Virus record (IMG/VR): IMGVR_UViG_3300013126_000003
Location: 1 to 58,987 of that record
Length of the DNA stretch: 58,987 bases
Direction: 5' to 3' (one strand)
Source of the DNA: a virus
Lineage: Duplodnaviria; Caudoviricetes
The notes beneath the pieces were generated by a model. That model was not told the DNA's origin. It saw only the letters and a program-made list of their open reading frames with translations, and did not search any database. The position numbers were made by a program, and so were the translations under genes. The stretch's first letter is position 1; each line of letters starts with the position of its first letter. This document shows positions 1-9,421 of the stretch, piece by piece.

Positions 1-123
1 CACCCGAGAGTGAGAGAACTGAATGGCAGAACGGAATTATAGATACGGTTGAGTCTTCATTAAAAGAAACACTCGCTCCCGCACCTGCCCCCACACAAAG
101 TACAGCGTCTAAAGTATTTGCTC
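1..123. repeat. Terminal direct repeat, copy 1 (circular assembly overlap)
   Basis: 1-123 is identical to 58865-58987 (cacccgagag...gtatttgctc), and the giant ORF reads in frame across the join. Confidence 0.97.
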
Positions 124-3100
124 ACGTCAACGACGCGGTGACCGAGTTATCTGACGCTTTCTTCGATGGCCTTAAGGATGACGAGCAGTACACATTTTAC
201 ACTCACACAATCGACCAAGTTCCGCCTGAGTTTAGAAACACAGCAATGGAGGATAAGTCGGCTGCAAAAAGAAGTAAAGTGCTTGGTTTACCTATAGGTA
301 AACGCCAAGGCACTATATATAAATTCACGGCAAGTGGATTAAAGGCAAAAGAGATGAGAGGTAAAATCATTGAGTCTATGAGCTCAAAGATGGGTACCAA
401 TAAGGCAGAGATATTCGCCAACACTATGCGCTCTGTTGCTAATGTATTCCCCGACCTCAAGTCTGTGTTGTTTGATACTACCGAGGAGATGATAGACTAT
501 GCTAACGGCATCAGCCCTTCACTTGGTGATGGTATCCTTGGTGATGAGGGCGGAATTATTATCACTAAGAATGGTAAGCCGGTGGTGATTTTGATAAACA
601 ATCAAAACTCAAACCCAACCACACTACCTCACGAGGTATGGCATGGCATTCTCTTAAAGGCATTTGGCTCTAATGAACTACTCTTCGCCGAATTTAGAGA
701 GGCTATAAAAGAAAGACTCATCAAGAATGGGTATCAAAATATTGTAGACGAGTTAGATAGATTTGCTAACAATGAGGAGTACATCAAGTCTAACCAACAG
801 GCTGAAGAATGGCTCGTTCAACTTGGTGGGTTGCTTACCGCGTCGGGAATCACTCGCGAGAATATTACCCCTAAGACTAGAGCACTTCTTGATGATATCA
901 AGTCGGTGTTTAATCAAGTTGCTGAAAAACTTTTCGGTTATCCTGTCTTCTTAGAAGATGCTACCGCAGAAGATGTACTTGACTTTATGGTTGCTATCTC
1001 TGAGCGCATGGCTAAAGGGCAGGACATCTCATCATTCTTTAGAGATAAGGAGTCTAAAGCTGCAGCTCAAGGAACTCAAGTGTCTAAGCAGATAGGAGCC
1101 AAGAAGAAAGCTGAATACGCTGCGCGCTTGGAGAAAGAGCGTCCTGATATCGCCAATCAAGGGACTGCTCAAAGCATTGTAGACTTGGTTGAGAAGTTCG
1201 GCGAAGAGAACTCTCAAGACGGCAAGGGTAATCCCAAGCTAGAAAAGCTAGCGTTCCATTGGATTGGTAGAGGTAATGTGAAGTTGCCCGAGGATGGATA
1301 TAAGATTGTTGAAGCAGAGAAGTTGGCCACCAAAAACAAGGTAGACCCATTTGCTTTCTCAAACCCTATCGACATCATGGAGAAGTTTAAGGGTACTATA
1401 AAGGAAAAACCTGTTGACCCTGACACCGTTAAGGAGTTTAGCAATAAGGTGACCATACCCGGAACCAACGTAACCGTATACAATGTCGAGGACACTAAGG
1501 AAGGACAGGCCGCGGTTAGAAGAATTGCTGACACACATTGGGGTAAGAATTGGAATGGATGGTGCCTTATATCTCGAACAGGTAACGATAATGACCTAGA
1601 AAATGGTTGGAAGTTGTGGGAAGAAAACTATAATAAGACACCAAAGAAAATTGCTTTTGACAACGGAAAGATTATCGCCTTTCAAGCTAGTGATACCAAT
1701 CAAGAAAAATGGTGGGATAAAAGAGATGAGCCGTTCGATGGTGTGCCTATTCGTGAAAATATTGAGGACGGAAAGTACAAGGTGAGATCCACGTCTGAAT
1801 CGGGAGATGTTCTGTATACAAAAACATACAAAATAACACCGGGGAAAGAAGAGCAGTGGAATGAAGACGGTGTCAGAATATTCGAGAAAATAAACGACAA
1901 GAATGGAAAAGCTGTTTACGAACAGGAATGGAATGATGATGCTAGTCCAAAATCAAAAACATATTTTAATCTTGGAGGCGCTAACAACGTATTGAAAATA
2001 TCGTTTGATGAAGGAACTATATCTGACTTTAACACAGATATCCATGGTGGTTTTGAAACTGCTGAAAACGCAGACTTAGAAAACTACAAGATATTTAATA
2101 CCGACGGAAGCATTAGTGCCGAGTTATCGACAGAAGAAAACGAAGACGACCTAACAAAGACCATTACAATTACACTATTCAATGACGATGGCTCTGTTCA
2201 GAATCAAGCTCAAAAGGAAATTAAGTATGATGAGTCCATGGATGTATCATTAGGAGCCTCTGTTAAGATAACCGATGAAAACGGATTGGTTAGAAAAAAG
2301 GTTAAGTATCAAGGCTCAGGCCGTGCAGGATTCTACGGGAAGGTAAAAGAGTCGAGTACTTGGTATACCAACGGAAGTAAAAAAAGCGAGGTTCTTAATA
2401 ATACACCCCAAAACTATTCTGAAACTAGAGAGTGGAATGAAAACGGTCAGCTTGTAAAGGAAGATGTTGTTCCGTATGATGAGCAACATTTTGACTATGA
2501 CTATCAAAAAACAGGTGATGGCTCAGGGATGTTTGAGGAGATTCAGAGAATCGCCAAGAGTTACAATGTGGATATCAAGGGGTTTGCTCCTGCTGCAGTT
2601 AGCGAGTTTCAACTAGAGAAAGAGCTACGTCCGTATGGATACTCAGCTAAGCGATCGAAAGCTGAGCCAAGCGGAAGACAACGTGGTGTGTATATCGTTG
2701 ACCCAAAAGGTAGATTCTATAATCCATTTAAGATAAAAGCACAGCGCATCAATCTTGATGCGGGCAACCTTGAGGAGAATGTGTCATCAATCCCCGGCTA
2801 TGCCCGTATGGTTGATGAGGCTAACAAGGTTCTTGAGAAGTCATTGAGACGTGGCAATTCTTGGGATAAGTCGATGGAGAACGTGATGGCTTACGTCACC
2901 AACTCTGCGGTTTACGAGAGAGCTAATGACTCACAGCGTGAGCAGTTGGTCCGCAACGTGCGCGCCGAGTTCGGTAAGAGAGAAAAGTCTGCTCCATCAG
3001 TGGCTAAACTATTTGATACCATCAAGGATATCAAGATGATAACCATGGATGAGGTTGAGTTGCTCAAGAAGCAGCTCCGTGATCTAGCGCGTGGTGCCAA

Positions 3101-6100
3101 GGATGCTAAGATTGCTTGGATGAGTATCGCCAAGGAAGTGGCCAAGCAGATAAAAGAGCTTGTCGTTGCAGGAAAGATAACCAATAAGCAAGCGGCTAGC
3201 GTCATCACAAGACTCGCCAAGGTGAACATGTTCAGTCAGGACTCTATCGACAAGTTCGCGGACTACATGACCAAGGTGTTCAACGATGCTAACTACGACA
3301 TGAAGATTGAGAAGGCCCGCAAGAAATTACCTCGCGCCCTTCAAAACCTCAAGAAGAAAATTGGTATGTCTACCGCCCTTGCTCCGTCATTGGTTAGATT
3401 ATTCTCGATCAACCCTAGTCTCATCCCTGACAAGGTGCTTGAGAGATATCTTGAGTTAGTGGATATGTTCGGAAGCTCAGACACTGTTCTTGAGTTGGAC
3501 AATGTAACCACCGTTACTAACGACGTGAATGAGATACTCAATGCGGTTAGTGATGAGATTGACCTAGCTGACGAACTTGCTCTTCGATTGGAAGAATTTG
3601 AAGACAGAGTGTACGATGAGGATGGCAAGCTAGAGTACGCCAAGACAATAGCCAAGATGTTAGATGCAGATGTCATCTCTCAAGAGGAGGCTGAGGTTAT
3701 GCGCAAGTACAAAAATCAAATCCTACCTCAAGCTGAGAAGTCTGAGGCAACTAAAGAGGAGGTAGAAGAAGAGAAGAAGGGTCTTGTAAGAGCTATCAAG
3801 GCTATGACAATTAGCGTTGAGTTATTGCCAACAAGACTTGAGAGAGACTTGGCCAAGCGATTGGCTAGCCTTCTTAAGTCTGACCTACTCATGAAGATGT
3901 CGGTCAATCAGTTGAACAATGTAATCAAGTTGATTGATAATATCAACAACGGGTATGCACCGCGCTACGCTCAAATCTTGGTTGAGAAACTCAACTCTAT
4001 CGAAAGAGCCAAGGAGGATGTAGTCCCATCAGTTGAGACAGCCAAGCCACTTAAGTTCTCAAACTTTGTGGGCAAGGTGAAGGCGTCGTTCAAGGGAACT
4101 ACCGCTGCTCTTGAGATGATCCGCAGAACTCCGCTCACATTCATTGGCCATATCTTCGGCGACTTTAAGACCAACAAGATGTTCAATGGTGTGTTTGGTA
4201 TGTTGGCATCAAGCCAAGCTGCGTTCGATGCTGAGATGAACAGAGTGAACAAGAAGCTCAATGCGGCTCACGATGCCGTGGCTAAGTCACACAAGTATAG
4301 CACGAACAAAACACTTGAGTCTTCATTTAGAATGATGGCTTATATGCTTCAGCTTGAGTACGACAGTAATCCGGGTAGTGACAAAGTGAACACAGCGGCT
4401 AGCTTTATCAGAGCTACCCTTAAACATATCGCTAAGGACAAGGCTAAGTACAAAGAGAAAGATGCTGCATTGCTAGAAGATATCCTTGATAAGTACGGCA
4501 AAGACGTGACAGACAAGAAGGGTAACACGGTTAGAGAGATTGATATGAACAAGCTGCACAAGTCTTTCAATAAGGCTGAGCTTGAGGCTATCAAAACCAT
4601 TCGTGAAATAAATGATGGACTCACAGAGAAGGCTGTATACACTGCGTCAATCATTCGCGGTGAGAACATCTCTGTGCTAAACAACTATGTTCACCTTCCT
4701 GTTCTTCATGACTACAACCCGAACGAAAGGTCTACCGGTATTCAGAATGCTAACGCTTACAACAACTCACGAAGAGCGTCTTCTAAAGCTAAGACGTTAG
4801 AGGAACGCTCGGGTGATGTTTCACCGATTAACTTCGATGCCTTCGCATCTGCGCAGAGAGGGGCCAAATTTACACTCTTAGACTTCCACATGACTGAGGC
4901 TATCAGAACTGCGAGAAAGACCATTACAGAGGCCCGCGCGATGATGGAGGATAAGGGTACATTTAAGGGTGAGAAGAGAGAGATTCTCAACGCGATAGAC
5001 AAAGCTCTCGAGGAAGCGATCCGCAATGTGCTTACCAACAACTTCATCACCGATAGTTTTTGGGAGTCTGTTGCTAACGAGATATCTAAGCAGGGGTACC
5101 GTGCTATTCTTGCTAGCGCAGAGAGGTTCACAGCTGAGCTTGCATCTAACATGAGCTTTGTTCTGCTATCGGACCACGCGTCATTTGTTACAGGTGCTAA
5201 GTACAGCTCGGTGGTTATGTCTCCTGACGCTGTTCATATCATGGACAACGTGAGAAGTAAACAAACCAATCGACTATTCAGCGGTGATGCATTAACGGGC
5301 CGACTTATAGACACCTCCATCTTAGGTCAAGCAAGCGGAGTTAGATCGGTGGTATCTAGGAGTGCTGTTGCTGATGTGTCGAACATCATCTACAATCACT
5401 CGCTTAAGAAATTCAAGAACGGGGTTGAGGTTGTAGCTGACACGCTCATCTCTACTCCCGATAAGGTGGTGATGCGCCCTGTTTGGTTTGGTGCTTTTGC
5501 TAATGAGTTCAAAGCTATCACAGGTAAAGAGGTTGACTTCAAGAAGATTGCTGAGAATGATGAGGCTTACATGAATGCCAACAAGGATGCTATTAGTAGA
5601 GCTCGTGATGTTGCCGACACAAAGTCTATGTTTACCGGTGCTAGTGACAACCCATTTATGGGTATTCTTAAGAGCGCTGTTCATGCAGACGATGGCACGG
5701 TGAAGAGAGCGTACAAGAACTTCAACAACTTCATGACTCGATTCACTATCTACGAATACTCAGTAGCAAGACAAGGTATCTATGCCGCTATGGGTAATGG
5801 GTCTATCACAAAAGCTCAAGGGGTTAAACTTATTGCAGGTGTTACCGCTCGTATGACTACCTACACTCTGTTGACATCACTACTTGGAAGCGCTGTATTA
5901 TCTATGTTTGGTATCGAAGATGAGGAAGAAGAAACTAAGAAGACTTTCTTACAGAAACTTTCTCAAGCTCTAGCATCGTCAGCCACGTCGCTTATTGTAG
6001 GGCGTGACTTTGGTAATGCAGTGAAGGCATTCACCAATGCGGGTGTCGAGAAGATAAACGAGGAGTTCTTTACCGCCTTGAGAAAGGCTGATGTGAATGA

Positions 6101-6965
6101 ACGCACGGGCGAGGTAACTTATCCATACGATCCGTATACCGACGCCATTTCTTACTCACCTCTTCCTAAGTCTAAGAAAGGACAACAGACAGACCTAGGT
6201 GATATCTTAACCATATTCGCCGGGTCGTTCACTCCTCTTGCAAAGACAGCAGACTTAGCAATCAAGAAGACATTTGAGGGACCTAAGAAAGAAGCGTCTG
6301 CTATCGAGAGGCAGAAGAACGAGATACTCTTACGATTGCCACTTGAGATACTTGGCAACATGGGTATGATACCTCTTTATAAAGACGTGAGAAGGGTTGT
6401 GATGGGTACAATATACGAGGACCTTCAGAAAGAGCAGCGTGCAAAAACAAAAGCACAGCAGGAGAATGAGTTCCAAAAGAGCAGACTTGGCATCTATCAG
6501 TCCAAGGAAGATATGAAGCGATACGACCCTGACTTGTACGAGAAAACATTCGGGCCATCGTCTCCTTACTACGAGGAGGACGAGCAACATCGCGCTGAAG
6601 AAAGAGCTAAGTCAAAAGCAAAGAGAGAAGCCAAGGACTTTCAGTTTGGTTACGAACAAGACCAAGTGATTGAGAAGGATGAGCTTACCCGAGCAGAGCT
6701 TAAGCGTTATTTCCCTCAAGAGTATGAGAAGAAGTATGGCAAGAGTGCGCCCAACTACAAAGAGATAGAGGCCGAGCGAAAGAAGAGTAAGGAAGAAAGA
6801 CTTAAGAGAAGACAGATGCTTGATAAGCAGTTTGGATACACATCTACCGAGAGAGGTTCTAGCACAAGAGGGACCGGCTCAACTCGTGGTGAGTCAACTA
6901 GAGGAGAAGGCTTAACTAGAGGAGGGTCGAGCACAAGAGGTGGGTCAAGTCTTAGAGGGAGGTGA
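1..6965 (+). CDS. 3' part of a giant (~3396 aa) virion/ejection protein that starts at 55639 and wraps the junction; zincin HExxH motif, MORN-like repeats, long helical C-terminal region
   Basis: ORF 138..6965 is in frame with the open frame 55639..58987. It contains PHEVWH followed by a downstream EE (metallopeptidase-like) and W-N/Y-x-D/N-G repeats. It is the last gene of the virion operon. Confidence 0.85.
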   Translation, partial: PESERTEWQNGIIDTVESSLKETLAPAPAPTQSTASKVFAHVNDAVTELSDAFFDGLKDDEQYTFYTHTIDQVPPEFRNTAMEDKSAAKRSKVLGLPIGKRQGTIYKFTASGLKAKEMRGKIIESMSSKMGTNKAEIFANTMRSVANVFPDLKSVLFDTTEEMIDYANGISPSLGDGILGDEGGIIITKNGKPVVILINNQNSNPTTLPHEVWHGILLKAFGSNELLFAEFREAIKERLIKNGYQNIVDELDRFANNEEYIKSNQQAEEWLVQLGGLLTASGITRENITPKTRALLDDIKSVFNQVAEKLFGYPVFLEDATAEDVLDFMVAISERMAKGQDISSFFRDKESKAAAQGTQVSKQIGAKKKAEYAARLEKERPDIANQGTAQSIVDLVEKFGEENSQDGKGNPKLEKLAFHWIGRGNVKLPEDGYKIVEAEKLATKNKVDPFAFSNPIDIMEKFKGTIKEKPVDPDTVKEFSNKVTIPGTNVTVYNVEDTKEGQAAVRRIADTHWGKNWNGWCLISRTGNDNDLENGWKLWEENYNKTPKKIAFDNGKIIAFQASDTNQEKWWDKRDEPFDGVPIRENIEDGKYKVRSTSESGDVLYTKTYKITPGKEEQWNEDGVRIFEKINDKNGKAVYEQEWNDDASPKSKTYFNLGGANNVLKISFDEGTISDFNTDIHGGFETAENADLENYKIFNTDGSISAELSTEENEDDLTKTITITLFNDDGSVQNQAQKEIKYDESMDVSLGASVKITDENGLVRKKVKYQGSGRAGFYGKVKESSTWYTNGSKKSEVLNNTPQNYSETREWNENGQLVKEDVVPYDEQHFDYDYQKTGDGSGMFEEIQRIAKSYNVDIKGFAPAAVSEFQLEKELRPYGYSAKRSKAEPSGRQRGVYIVDPKGRFYNPFKIKAQRINLDAGNLEENVSSIPGYARMVDEANKVLEKSLRRGNSWDKSMENVMAYVTNSAVYERANDSQREQLVRNVRAEFGKREKSAPSVAKLFDTIKDIKMITMDEVELLKKQLRDLARGAKDAKIAWMSIAKEVAKQIKELVVAGKITNKQAASVITRLAKVNMFSQDSIDKFADYMTKVFNDANYDMKIEKARKKLPRALQNLKKKIGMSTALAPSLVRLFSINPSLIPDKVLERYLELVDMFGSSDTVLELDNVTTVTNDVNEILNAVSDEIDLADELALRLEEFEDRVYDEDGKLEYAKTIAKMLDADVISQEEAEVMRKYKNQILPQAEKSEATKEEVEEEKKGLVRAIKAMTISVELLPTRLERDLAKRLASLLKSDLLMKMSVNQLNNVIKLIDNINNGYAPRYAQILVEKLNSIERAKEDVVPSVETAKPLKFSNFVGKVKASFKGTTAALEMIRRTPLTFIGHIFGDFKTNKMFNGVFGMLASSQAAFDAEMNRVNKKLNAAHDAVAKSHKYSTNKTLESSFRMMAYMLQLEYDSNPGSDKVNTAASFIRATLKHIAKDKAKYKEKDAALLEDILDKYGKDVTDKKGNTVREIDMNKLHKSFNKAELEAIKTIREINDGLTEKAVYTASIIRGENISVLNNYVHLPVLHDYNPNERSTGIQNANAYNNSRRASSKAKTLEERSGDVSPINFDAFASAQRGAKFTLLDFHMTEAIRTARKTITEARAMMEDKGTFKGEKREILNAIDKALEEAIRNVLTNNFITDSFWESVANEISKQGYRAILASAERFTAELASNMSFVLLSDHASFVTGAKYSSVVMSPDAVHIMDNVRSKQTNRLFSGDALTGRLIDTSILGQASGVRSVVSRSAVADVSNIIYNHSLKKFKNGVEVVADTLISTPDKVVMRPVWFGAFANEFKAITGKEVDFKKIAENDEAYMNANKDAISRARDVADTKSMFTGASDNPFMGILKSAVHADDGTVKRAYKNFNNFMTRFTIYEYSVARQGIYAAMGNGSITKAQGVKLIAGVTARMTTYTLLTSLLGSAVLSMFGIEDEEEETKKTFLQKLSQALASSATSLIVGRDFGNAVKAFTNAGVEKINEEFFTALRKADVNERTGEVTYPYDPYTDAISYSPLPKSKKGQQTDLGDILTIFAGSFTPLAKTADLAIKKTFEGPKKEASAIERQKNEILLRLPLEILGNMGMIPLYKDVRRVVMGTIYEDLQKEQRAKTKAQQENEFQKSRLGIYQSKEDMKRYDPDLYEKTFGPSSPYYEEDEQHRAEERAKSKAKREAKDFQFGYEQDQVIEKDELTRAELKRYFPQEYEKKYGKSAPNYKEIEAERKKSKEERLKRRQMLDKQFGYTSTERGSSTRGTGSTRGESTRGEGLTRGGSSTRGGSSLRGR

Positions 6966-7382
6966 GAACCTCACATACTTCAAAGACTTCTGCTTCTCGT
7001 AGTATACCATAAGCTCAACATCGCTGACAGCACCATTGCGGGGAGTTCTACCTCCCTGCCTTATCTGTCCTTCTAGCTTGTCAGGCTTACCGTATATGAT
7101 ACCATCCTCACACGCCCATATGATGACAGGGTTGAGACGTTTGTCTACGAGCTTAATAACCTTATGGGCAGAAATAGGAAGAGGATAAGCCTCTCTCATG
7201 GTTCTTATCCTCCCCTTTACCTCAGCGTACCCTACAACCTTACCGTCTTTATCGAACACTTTGTAGTCGATATCGAATGGGTCTAGCTTCTGATACGACC
7301 CTGAGAATATCTTGACGAAAGTCTCGATAGCCCTCTTCTCTCTTGCTAGGTCTTCTTCGGTTTCAAAAATCATCTTCTTCAA
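6945..7382 (-). CDS. PD-(D/E)xK family nuclease
   Basis: IDY...YAEVKGR restriction-fold motif; last gene of the replication arm. Confidence 0.65.
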   Translation of the reverse strand: MKKMIFETEEDLAREKRAIETFVKIFSGSYQKLDPFDIDYKVFDKDGKVVGYAEVKGRIRTMREAYPLPISAHKVIKLVDKRLNPVIIWACEDGIIYGKPDKLEGQIRQGGRTPRNGAVSDVELMVYYEKQKSLKYVRFSPPSKT

Positions 7383-7545
7383 TGGATTTGATGACGCATC
7401 GGAGCTCCATGATTAGAAACTTAACGTCTCTATCTACCTTGCTAAACTCTCTATCGACTACATTCTCGTAGACCTCGGCAAGCAAGGTGTGGTATTCGTT
7501 AAATCGTAACGATAACCGTTGGGCTCTTTCGTCTTCTGCGCTCAT
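7363..7545 (-). CDS. Hypothetical protein
   Basis: 60 aa, overlaps both neighbours in the operon. Confidence 0.65.
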   Translation of the reverse strand: MSAEDERAQRLSLRFNEYHTLLAEVYENVVDREFSKVDRDVKFLIMELRCVIKSIEEDDF

Positions 7546-8054
7546 TTGAATAGGCCGCCGTTAAACATTTCTTTAATCTTCATATGCAGCACATCTTCCA
7601 TGTCGTGAGGCGTTCTTTCATGCATCTCCTTTAGGATATTCTTAAAACGTATGTGCATGCTCTTGTAGTTTTGTAACTTTCCGTTTTCCAAAATTAGTGA
7701 ATCTATTCGAGATTGCAACTCTTCTGTTAAACTCTGTGAGAACGCATTGCCGAACACGCGATTAGGGTTGACGCCTTCATTGAAAGACTTGCTACACTCG
7801 GTGTACACATCTCTCAAATACTTATCAACGGTGACTAGCTCATAAAACTTTCTGACCCCACACAAAACGGTTGCGTGGTCTTTATAAACATAGTTCCCAA
7901 TCATCTGCTGTGTATGACCCTTGCTCCGCATGATAACATAAAATACCATGCGTCCATAAACATAGTCTCGCTTACGCATCTTGTTCTTTATATCTACCCC
8001 CATGACCGCTTGGATAATATCCCTAAGCATGTCAAACTCTTGTTTCCTTGTCAT
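7542..8054 (-). CDS. DnaA C-terminal-like helix-turn-helix protein
   Basis: RKRDYVYGRM...QMIGNYVYKDHATVLCGVRK resembles the DnaA domain IV signature (IG..F.RDHTTV). Confidence 0.7.
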   Translation of the reverse strand: MTRKQEFDMLRDIIQAVMGVDIKNKMRKRDYVYGRMVFYVIMRSKGHTQQMIGNYVYKDHATVLCGVRKFYELVTVDKYLRDVYTECSKSFNEGVNPNRVFGNAFSQSLTEELQSRIDSLILENGKLQNYKSMHIRFKNILKEMHERTPHDMEDVLHMKIKEMFNGGLFK

Positions 8055-8290
8055 CCCTTGTAAACTTCTGTTTTGATTCCGTGGTTATTTAATTCCTTCA
8101 TGCGATACTTCTGCAGCTCAGACGGTTCTTTACCCGGCTGCTTTACCTCACTGAACAGCACGTTGCTATTCGGAGGTATAGCTAGCAGGTCGGGTATGCC
8201 ATTCTTGTTTGTACGAATGAGCTTTATCACATAGTACCCCTGAGCCTCAAGCTCTTTGATACGCTTACTCTGTATCTGTTGTTCCTTCAT
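8051..8290 (-). CDS. VRR-NUC domain nuclease (Holliday junction resolvase-like)
   Basis: MKEQQIQ...NGIPDLL...FSEVKQPG...SELQ motifs. Confidence 0.85.
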   Translation of the reverse strand: MKEQQIQSKRIKELEAQGYYVIKLIRTNKNGIPDLLAIPPNSNVLFSEVKQPGKEPSELQKYRMKELNNHGIKTEVYKG

Positions 8291-8549
8291 TGTACGCTAC
8301 TCTTAATCTGAACATGTGATTGAGTTGGTTCGCTTGCTTGAGAGCGGTGCTATTTGGCACGCGCCTGTTCTTTCTCAAATACTTTGCAGTCCATTCAATG
8401 AATGTATCCTGTTGTTTCTTAGTCATGGTATATAGGTCATACCAATTATCCTTTCGATCCTTGATATCGTTATACCCAAGGTCTATCTCAGCGATGATAA
8501 ACATCACATCAATAATCTCCTTTACCATATCAGCATTCGTCTTTCTCAT
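8265..8549 (-). CDS. Hypothetical protein
   Basis: 94 aa, ATG start, downstream of promoter at 8605-8612. Confidence 0.7.
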   Translation of the reverse strand: MRKTNADMVKEIIDVMFIIAEIDLGYNDIKDRKDNWYDLYTMTKKQQDTFIEWTAKYLRKNRRVPNSTALKQANQLNHMFRLRVAYNEGTTDTE

Positions 8550-8604
8550 TTGCCCATTGTATTAGTTGGAAAATAAATCCTAGCACCGATGCACCTAGTA
8601 TAAA

Positions 8605-8612
8605 CAAAAGTA
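8605..8612 (-). promoter_or_regulatory. Bacteroidota sigma-A -7 element (TACTTTTG)
   Basis: TAnnTTTG in an intergenic gap upstream of ORF 8549. Confidence 0.5.
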
Positions 8613-8641
8613 CAATCCATAAAGCCTGTGATATCATAGCT

Positions 8642-8851
8642 CTACTTGTTGTTAAACTTTACAGGCTCCCAATAAAAGACCTCGTCCCCTTTATAATTCA
8701 AACCCCACGCAACTTTATACACAACCTCAGCCTTTTCCAACCATCTTGTTTCTAAATTTAATGTTAACGGGAACCACAGGAACCCCGTCTTGATTACCTC
8801 ACGCTTTTGATGATAAGCGTCTCTCATTTCTTTTTGTCTTGTGAATCTCAT
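8642..8851 (-). CDS. Hypothetical protein
   Basis: 69 aa, ATGA-coupled to the upstream gene. Confidence 0.7.
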   Translation of the reverse strand: MRFTRQKEMRDAYHQKREVIKTGFLWFPLTLNLETRWLEKAEVVYKVAWGLNYKGDEVFYWEPVKFNNK

Positions 8852-9168
8852 AGCTTTCTTATGTATATGTTGTGTAAATTAACTATGTGCTCTGCGGTTT
8901 CATTGTCTAAAAGACCTGCGGGCACAACCATATACTCCTCAATCTCGCCACCATCATCAAATAGTAGTGGCTCTACAGTTGCAATCATTCGGCACCAACA
9001 TGCCTCACCTTGTGAGCAGGCGTCTACCCTCCACTTCACGGTGAGTGACTTCTTTTTTGCCTCCTGATAGGTCATGACCTCTGACTCTTCTTCTGTTTCG
9101 TCCGGCTCATTGTACGGAGCGCGAGGATCGCCCTCTGCGCCCCAAGGTAAGTTACTGTTCATCGTCAA
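8848..9168 (-). CDS. Hypothetical protein
   Basis: 106 aa with PWGAEGDPRAPYNE and C-x5-C-W-C motifs; operon-coupled. Confidence 0.7.
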   Translation of the reverse strand: MTMNSNLPWGAEGDPRAPYNEPDETEEESEVMTYQEAKKKSLTVKWRVDACSQGEACWCRMIATVEPLLFDDGGEIEEYMVVPAGLLDNETAEHIVNLHNIYIRKL

Positions 9169-9421
9169 ATAATTTTAATTGGTTCTCATCTGTCTTGAAA
9201 TGCACTCGCTCTATTGGAACTTCTGCCGCTTTCTGAGCCTCAATGATTAGCTTCTTCATGTAGATAGCATGGTCTAATGATTCCTCGTAAGCGTGTTGCA
9301 TCCATTTGAGAGCATCAAGCTCGGCCCTGTCAACACTGACACCGTACTTTTCAATGCCCATTTTTTCTCTAGCTCTAAGGTCAAGCATGACCTGAGCATA
9401 AACTTTCTTTGGTCTACCCAT
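9152..9421 (-). CDS. Small all-alpha protein, possibly MazG/NTP-pyrophosphatase-like
   Basis: GIEKYG...HAYEESLDHAIY has an EExxD motif reminiscent of all-alpha NTP pyrophosphatases. Confidence 0.5.
   Translation of the reverse strand: MGRPKKVYAQVMLDLRAREKMGIEKYGVSVDRAELDALKWMQHAYEESLDHAIYMKKLIIEAQKAAEVPIERVHFKTDENQLKLFDDEQ

Noticed and set aside
138-6965. Giant protein as a virion RNA polymerase using the palindromes as N4-like hairpin promoters
   Set aside because: I found no DxDxD or single-subunit RNAP motif, and early genes already have consensus host promoters. A structure search would be needed to exclude it fully.
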